Source: Acidobacteriota bacterium
GTDB lineage: Bacteria; Acidobacteriota; UBA890; WLXD01
Direction: 5' to 3'
Assembly: GCA_963666055.2 (NCBI GenBank)
Contig: CAXWPH010000015.1
Coordinates: 1,344,001-1,408,000, forward strand
Length of the DNA: 64,000 bases
Part shown: positions 59,562-64,000 of the stretch, in pieces
How positions within the stretch are numbered: the stretch's first letter is position 1
How the letters are laid out: each line of letters starts with the position of its first letter
Made by a program: the position numbers and the translations under genes
Notes under the pieces: generated by a model
Databases searched by the model: none
Seen by the model: the letters and a program-made list of their open reading frames with translations, nothing else
Told to the model about the DNA's origin: nothing

Positions 59562-62189
59562 ATGGAACCCGGCACTCGACTAGGTCACTACGAAATCCTC
59601 GCACCGCTCGGTGAAGGCGGGATGGGGGCCGTGTATCGAGCCCGCGACACCACGTTGGAGCGTGATGTCGCCATCAAGGTTCTTCCGGAGGGCTGGGCCA
59701 GCGACCCGGACCGGCTGGCTCGGTTCGAACGTGAAGCGAAGCTACTCGCCTCGGTGAATCACCCCAACATCGCCACCATCCACGGGTTCGAGGAATTCGA
59801 CGGCGTGCGCTTCATCGCCATGGAGGTCGCCGAAGGCAAGAGCCTTGCTGACCGGATCACGGCAGACGGCCGCATCCGACCCGACGAGGCTCTCGACATT
59901 GCCCGCCAGATAGCCCTGGCGCTCGAGGCAGCTCACGCGGCGGGCGTCATCCATCGCGACATGAAGCCGGCCAATGTCCACGTTGCAGCCGACGGCACGG
60001 TGAAGGTGCTGGATCTGGGGCTTGCCAAGGCCTACGAAGAGGATGGATCAGCCTCTGAGGCCTCGCAGAAGTTGAGCGAGTCACCCACGATGATGGAGGC
60101 TACGCGAGCCGGCGTGATCATGGGTACGGCTCCTTACATGAGCCGGAGCAGGCGCGCGGCAAGCCAGTAGACAAGCGCACCGACATCTGGTCGTTCGGCT
60201 GCGTGCTTCTCGAGATGCTGACCGGACAGCCGACGTTCGCCGGCGAGACGGTGAGCGACGTGATCGCGGCGATTCTCGAGCGCGAGCCCGACTGGGACGC
60301 GGTGCCCGACGATGTTCCTTGGAGGATCGTCGACCTGCTTCGACAGTGCTTGGTGAAGAACGCTGATGGACGGTTGCACGACATCGCCGACGCACGCATC
60401 GGCATCGTCACTGCCATCGCGGATCCGGAAGGCGGTGATGCCCCGCCCGCCCGATCTGATCAGGCCGCAAAGCTCTCATGGCGACGGGCGATTCCGACGC
60501 CGGTGGCAGCTGCAATGGTGGTGGTCGCTGCCGTCGCGGTGTGGGTTGCGACGCTGGGATCCAGCGGATCGCCTGCACCACCGATGACCACCAAGTTGAC
60601 CGTCGAGCTGCCCTCGTACGTGCAGCTGCAGGCCGGCGGGGCCCCCTCACCCCTGGCGATCTCGCCGGACGGCAGGCACCTGGTTTACGGAGCCCAAGAG
60701 GCGGGCGTGTACCGGCTCTATCTGAGGCGGCTGGATGAGCTGTCCGCCACGCCGTTGACCGGCTCCGAAGGTGGCTACAATCCCTTCTTCTCGCCGGATG
60801 GCCAGTGGATCGGAGCTGCGCGGGGCGAGCTGGGCTCCGGACGACACCATCATCCTGTCGCCGGGTCTCCAGACCGGTCTGGCGCGAGTGCCTGCGGCCG
60901 GGGGAGAGCCTGAAGCCCTGACGACGGTGGATTTCGACGACGGGCAGGATTCGCACCGCTGGCCAGAGGTGTTGCCGGACGGCAAAACGGTGGTATTCAA
61001 CATCATCGTCAGTTCGCAATACGACGAGGCAGAGATCGCGCTGCTTTCCCTGGAGACCGGGGAGATCACCGTGCTGCCGGTGGTCGGAGCGGACCCCAAT
61101 TACGTCTCCTCCGGCCATCTGATCATGGGGCGGGGAGAATCGTTGGTAGCGGTGCCCTTCGACCTGCAGCGGCTCGAGGTAACGGGCTCTGCCGTTGTCG
61201 TGGTGGAGGACGTATTCGTCACCGCCGGCGGGCCCGGGTCAGCGTTCTTTGCGGCCTCCGCCAGCGGAACGCTCGCCTACACGCCTATTCGTCCGAACGA
61301 TCGCAGGTTGGTGCTGGTTGATCGGCGTGGTCAACAGCGGCCAATACAACTGGAGCCAGGACCGTTCCTTACGCCGCGCTTCTCGCCTGATGGTCAACAG
61401 ATCGCCTACGAAATCGACGATGACATCTGGATCTACGACCTGACTCGGGAAACGTCCGACCGGTTCACTACGGATCCTGCGATCGACAACACCCCGTTAT
61501 GGGCAGCAGACGGTGAGAGTCTCGTGTTCAGCTCCCATCGGGTCGGGTTTTCGGACCTTTTTCAGAAGCCAACGACGGGGCGTGCTCCGGCTGAGCTCTT
61601 GGCAGCGAGCGTGAACTACCAATATGCCGGCTCTTTTTCTGCCGATGGACGCTTCCTCTTGTACGCCGAGCAGGGACTTACTACTGACTGGGACATCTGG
61701 GTGCTGCCCATGGCGGAACCCGACAAGCCCCGACCGTTGATACAAACGGAGTTTGCCGAGGTCCAACCAAACTTTTCAACGGACGGGCAGTGGATTGCAT
61801 ACCAGTCTGACGAATCCGGTGGCGATGAGATCTACGTCGCGCCGTTTTCCGGCGAGGGTAGACGGGTTCGGATCTCGGGCGACGGTGGGCACTCGCCGTT
61901 CTGGGGACCCGATGGAAGCGAGCTCTTCTTCTGGAGCCAGACCACCAACAGGTTGATGGCCGTTCCGATCTCGTTTGAGCCGGAATTTCAGGCGGGGACG
62001 GCGCAATCGCTGTTGGCCGGCGACTACCTCGTGACAAGCATTACCGGTCGTCTCCAACGAGACTTCGACATTGCGCCGAACGGTGAGGAGTTCGTGATGA
62101 TCCGGGAGAGCCAGCAGGAGGCCCCGGACATCGTCATCGTCCTCAATTGGTTCGACGAGCTGAAGCGGCTCGTGCCGACGGACCCTTAG
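59562..62189 (+). CDS. Hanks-type Ser/Thr kinase with TM and TolB/PD40 propeller; frameshifts near 60143 and 60812 (possible pseudogene)
   Basis: GEGGMG, VAIK, HRDMKPAN, DLG, GTAPYMS, DIWSFG, SPDG repeats and WFDELKRLVP end. Confidence 0.88.
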
Positions 62190-62279
62190 TGTCCCCAGCC
62201 GAGTCTGGCGACGCCGGCTATGCGCCTGGATCCAACGAGATCTCCAGATACCTGAAGACACGAAATCAACAAGGAGCTC

Positions 62280-63011
62280 ATGTCCATGCCTCGTCGATAC
62301 GTCCTCGCCGGTGCGCTCCTGGCGGCGGGTTTGGCCATGTTGGCGCCGGTCAGGCTACAAGCGCAGGCTGACCCGGATCCGAACCGCTTTGCCGACGAGA
62401 TCAACGCCTTCGAGCAATGGGACCGTAAGAACGCCGTACCTCGACAGCCGGTCTTGTTCGTCGGCAGTTCGAGCATCCGCTACTGGCTCACGGCCGCGTC
62501 TTTTCCGGATGTCTCGGTCATCAATCGTGGGTTCGGCGGGGCTCACATCTCCGACGTGCACCATTTCGCCGAGCGCATCGTGTTGAAGTATGCGCCGAGC
62601 GCCGTCATTTTCTACGCTGGCGACAACGACGTCGCAGGTGGGAAGAGTCCAGAGCAGGTGTTCGAGGATTACCGTGCCTTCGTCCGCCTGGTGCATGATG
62701 CGTTGCCGGCGACGCCGATCCTCTTTTTGCCCATCAAGCCCAGCCTGAGCCGCTGGGCTCTGTGGCCTCGAATGGAGCAGGCCAACAAACTGATTCGCGA
62801 TTACTCGGACAAGGAACCGCTACTGTTCTACGCTGACATTGCCACGCCAATGCTCGGTCGCGACGGCAACCCTCGCCCGGCGCTGTTTGTCGAAGACGGG
62901 CTGCACCTGAGCGAGACGGGCTACCAGCTGTGGACACGTATCGTGGCGCCGTACCTCGACCGTATGCGATCCGCCGCAGATCAATCGACGAGCACCTCTA
63001 GCGGATCGTGA
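62280..63011 (+). CDS. SGNH/GDSL hydrolase
   Basis: FVGSSSI, NRGFGG, YAGDND and DGLH. Confidence 0.9.
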   Translation: MSMPRRYVLAGALLAAGLAMLAPVRLQAQADPDPNRFADEINAFEQWDRKNAVPRQPVLFVGSSSIRYWLTAASFPDVSVINRGFGGAHISDVHHFAERIVLKYAPSAVIFYAGDNDVAGGKSPEQVFEDYRAFVRLVHDALPATPILFLPIKPSLSRWALWPRMEQANKLIRDYSDKEPLLFYADIATPMLGRDGNPRPALFVEDGLHLSETGYQLWTRIVAPYLDRMRSAADQSTSTSSGS

Positions 63012-63099
63012 CACGAGCTCTGGCTGAGGCGAACGACAGCTAGGCTTCCCGCCACAACGTGGTTGGCGTTGCGCATGTGTTGCGGTCCTTTACTCCATG

Positions 63100-63128
63100 T
63101 TGACGTTAGACCGAACGTTCGATACAGT
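63100..63128 (+). promoter_or_regulatory. Sigma70 promoter with overlapping palindromic TetR operator
   Basis: TTGACG-N17-TACAGT enclosing ACCGAACGTTCGAT; ATG 6 nt after the -10. Confidence 0.7.
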
Positions 63129-63134
63129 AGCCAC

Positions 63135-63701
63135 ATGCCAAGAACCAAATTGCGTCGTGACGAAGTCATCGAACGGATCGCGGAAGAGTTCCGCAGCCAC
63201 GGGTACGCGGCGACCAGCCTGAGCCGAATCGCCGAAGCTACCGGGCTCGGGCGGGCAAGCCTCTACCACCATTTCCCCGGCGGGAAGGACGAGATGGTCC
63301 GAGAGGTGTTCCGGAAAGTCGGCGAGGAGGTGGGCGAGATTCTGGCTCAATTGGAGGGGCCGGGGGATCCGCGTGAGCGAATCACCGGCTCGATGAAGGC
63401 TGTCGAGCGCTTCTACGCCGGCGGCGCCAAGAACTGCCTGCTCGGGTCGATGGTGTTGAGTGGTGGATCCGAGCGCTTCGCAGACGAGCTGGCGGGCGCT
63501 TTCACCGCCTGGGTCGATGCGCTGAGCGCGGTGATCGAAGACGCGAACGTGCCCCGTCGGATTGCGCGATGCCGGGCAGAGGATGCGGTGATGAAACTGC
63601 AGGGAGCGCTCGTGGTTGCGCGGGGTCTGAACGACACCGAACCGTTCCGTCGGATGATGGCGGAGCTCCCAGATGAGCTGCTCGAGGAGAACTCGTCATG
63701 A
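63135..63701 (+). CDS. TetR/AcrR family regulator
   Basis: F...GY.ATSL..IA.ATGLGRASLYHHFPGGK. Confidence 0.92.
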   Translation: MPRTKLRRDEVIERIAEEFRSHGYAATSLSRIAEATGLGRASLYHHFPGGKDEMVREVFRKVGEEVGEILAQLEGPGDPRERITGSMKAVERFYAGGAKNCLLGSMVLSGGSERFADELAGAFTAWVDALSAVIEDANVPRRIARCRAEDAVMKLQGALVVARGLNDTEPFRRMMAELPDELLEENSS

Positions 63702-63726
63702 TCACCATTTTTTGTAAAGGTAGTAA

Positions 63727-63740
63727 ACCGAACGTTCGGT
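63727..63740. promoter_or_regulatory. Second operator palindrome
   Basis: ACCGAACGTTCGGT, a perfect palindrome matching the site at 63110. Confidence 0.72.
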
Positions 63741-63760
63741 ATAAAGCCTCGAAGGAGCAC

Positions 63761-64000
63761 ATGAAGATGACATGCCCGACCAGCGACATCGCTTTCACCT
63801 CTTCAGTGAAGGCGGCACAGCAGCAACGCGGATCCAGAGCTGGATACGCCCGCATGGAGCAAAAGGGTGGATGGAGCGACGAGATTACTCCCGAGCTCGC
63901 CGACTTCATCAGCCAGCGCGACTCCCTCTATCTCGGAACGGCCAGCGCTGACGGTCAACCGTATATCCAACATCGCGGTGGTCCGAAGGGGTTCATCAGG
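63761..64000 (+). CDS. Pyridoxamine 5'-phosphate oxidase-family FMN-binding protein (partial)
   Basis: AAGGAG RBS; DIAFT.SVKAAQ...GSR and GQPYIQHRGGPKGF; runs off the window end. Confidence 0.85.
   Translation, partial: MKMTCPTSDIAFTSSVKAAQQQRGSRAGYARMEQKGGWSDEITPELADFISQRDSLYLGTASADGQPYIQHRGGPKGFIR

Noticed and set aside
1-64000. CRISPR array, cas genes, reverse transcriptase, retron or DGR
   Set aside because: No regularly spaced direct repeats and no RT or Cas motifs seen; the kinase repeats show no adenine-specific TR/VR pattern

Overview
GC-rich bacterial chromosomal window, most likely Acidobacteriota (Acidobacteria-type VWA protein, Ser/Thr kinase-TolB/PD40 fusions, cytochrome c/PQQ dehydrogenase pair; inference only). 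It holds mostly intact, often secreted catabolic genes: S9 and M24-like peptidases, a VPS10/BNR hydrolase, a sulfatase, two Tat-type SpdH-like oxidoreductases, xsc, an amidohydrolase, ggt, GH2 and a PQQ-ADH. The strongest unexplained pattern is in the spacers, which are filled with short gene fragments. One near-complete Ser/Thr kinase gene (59562-62189) has at least 9 homologous pieces elsewhere in the window. A conserved sigma70-like promoter/leader of this kinase family occurs 5 times. Four copies are detached from a full kinase and point at unrelated intact genes, and one of them sits inside a MITE. Also present: a CTAG-flanked MITE family, relic tyrosine-integrase att sites (5' half of tRNA-Arg, 3' end of a probable tRNA-Leu), an IS3 remnant, a prophage-like relic and two toxin-antitoxin modules. 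Several frameshifts fall in homopolymers and are probably sequencing errors. No CRISPR array, rRNA or complete tRNA was seen. All family calls come from motif recognition by eye, not from database searches.
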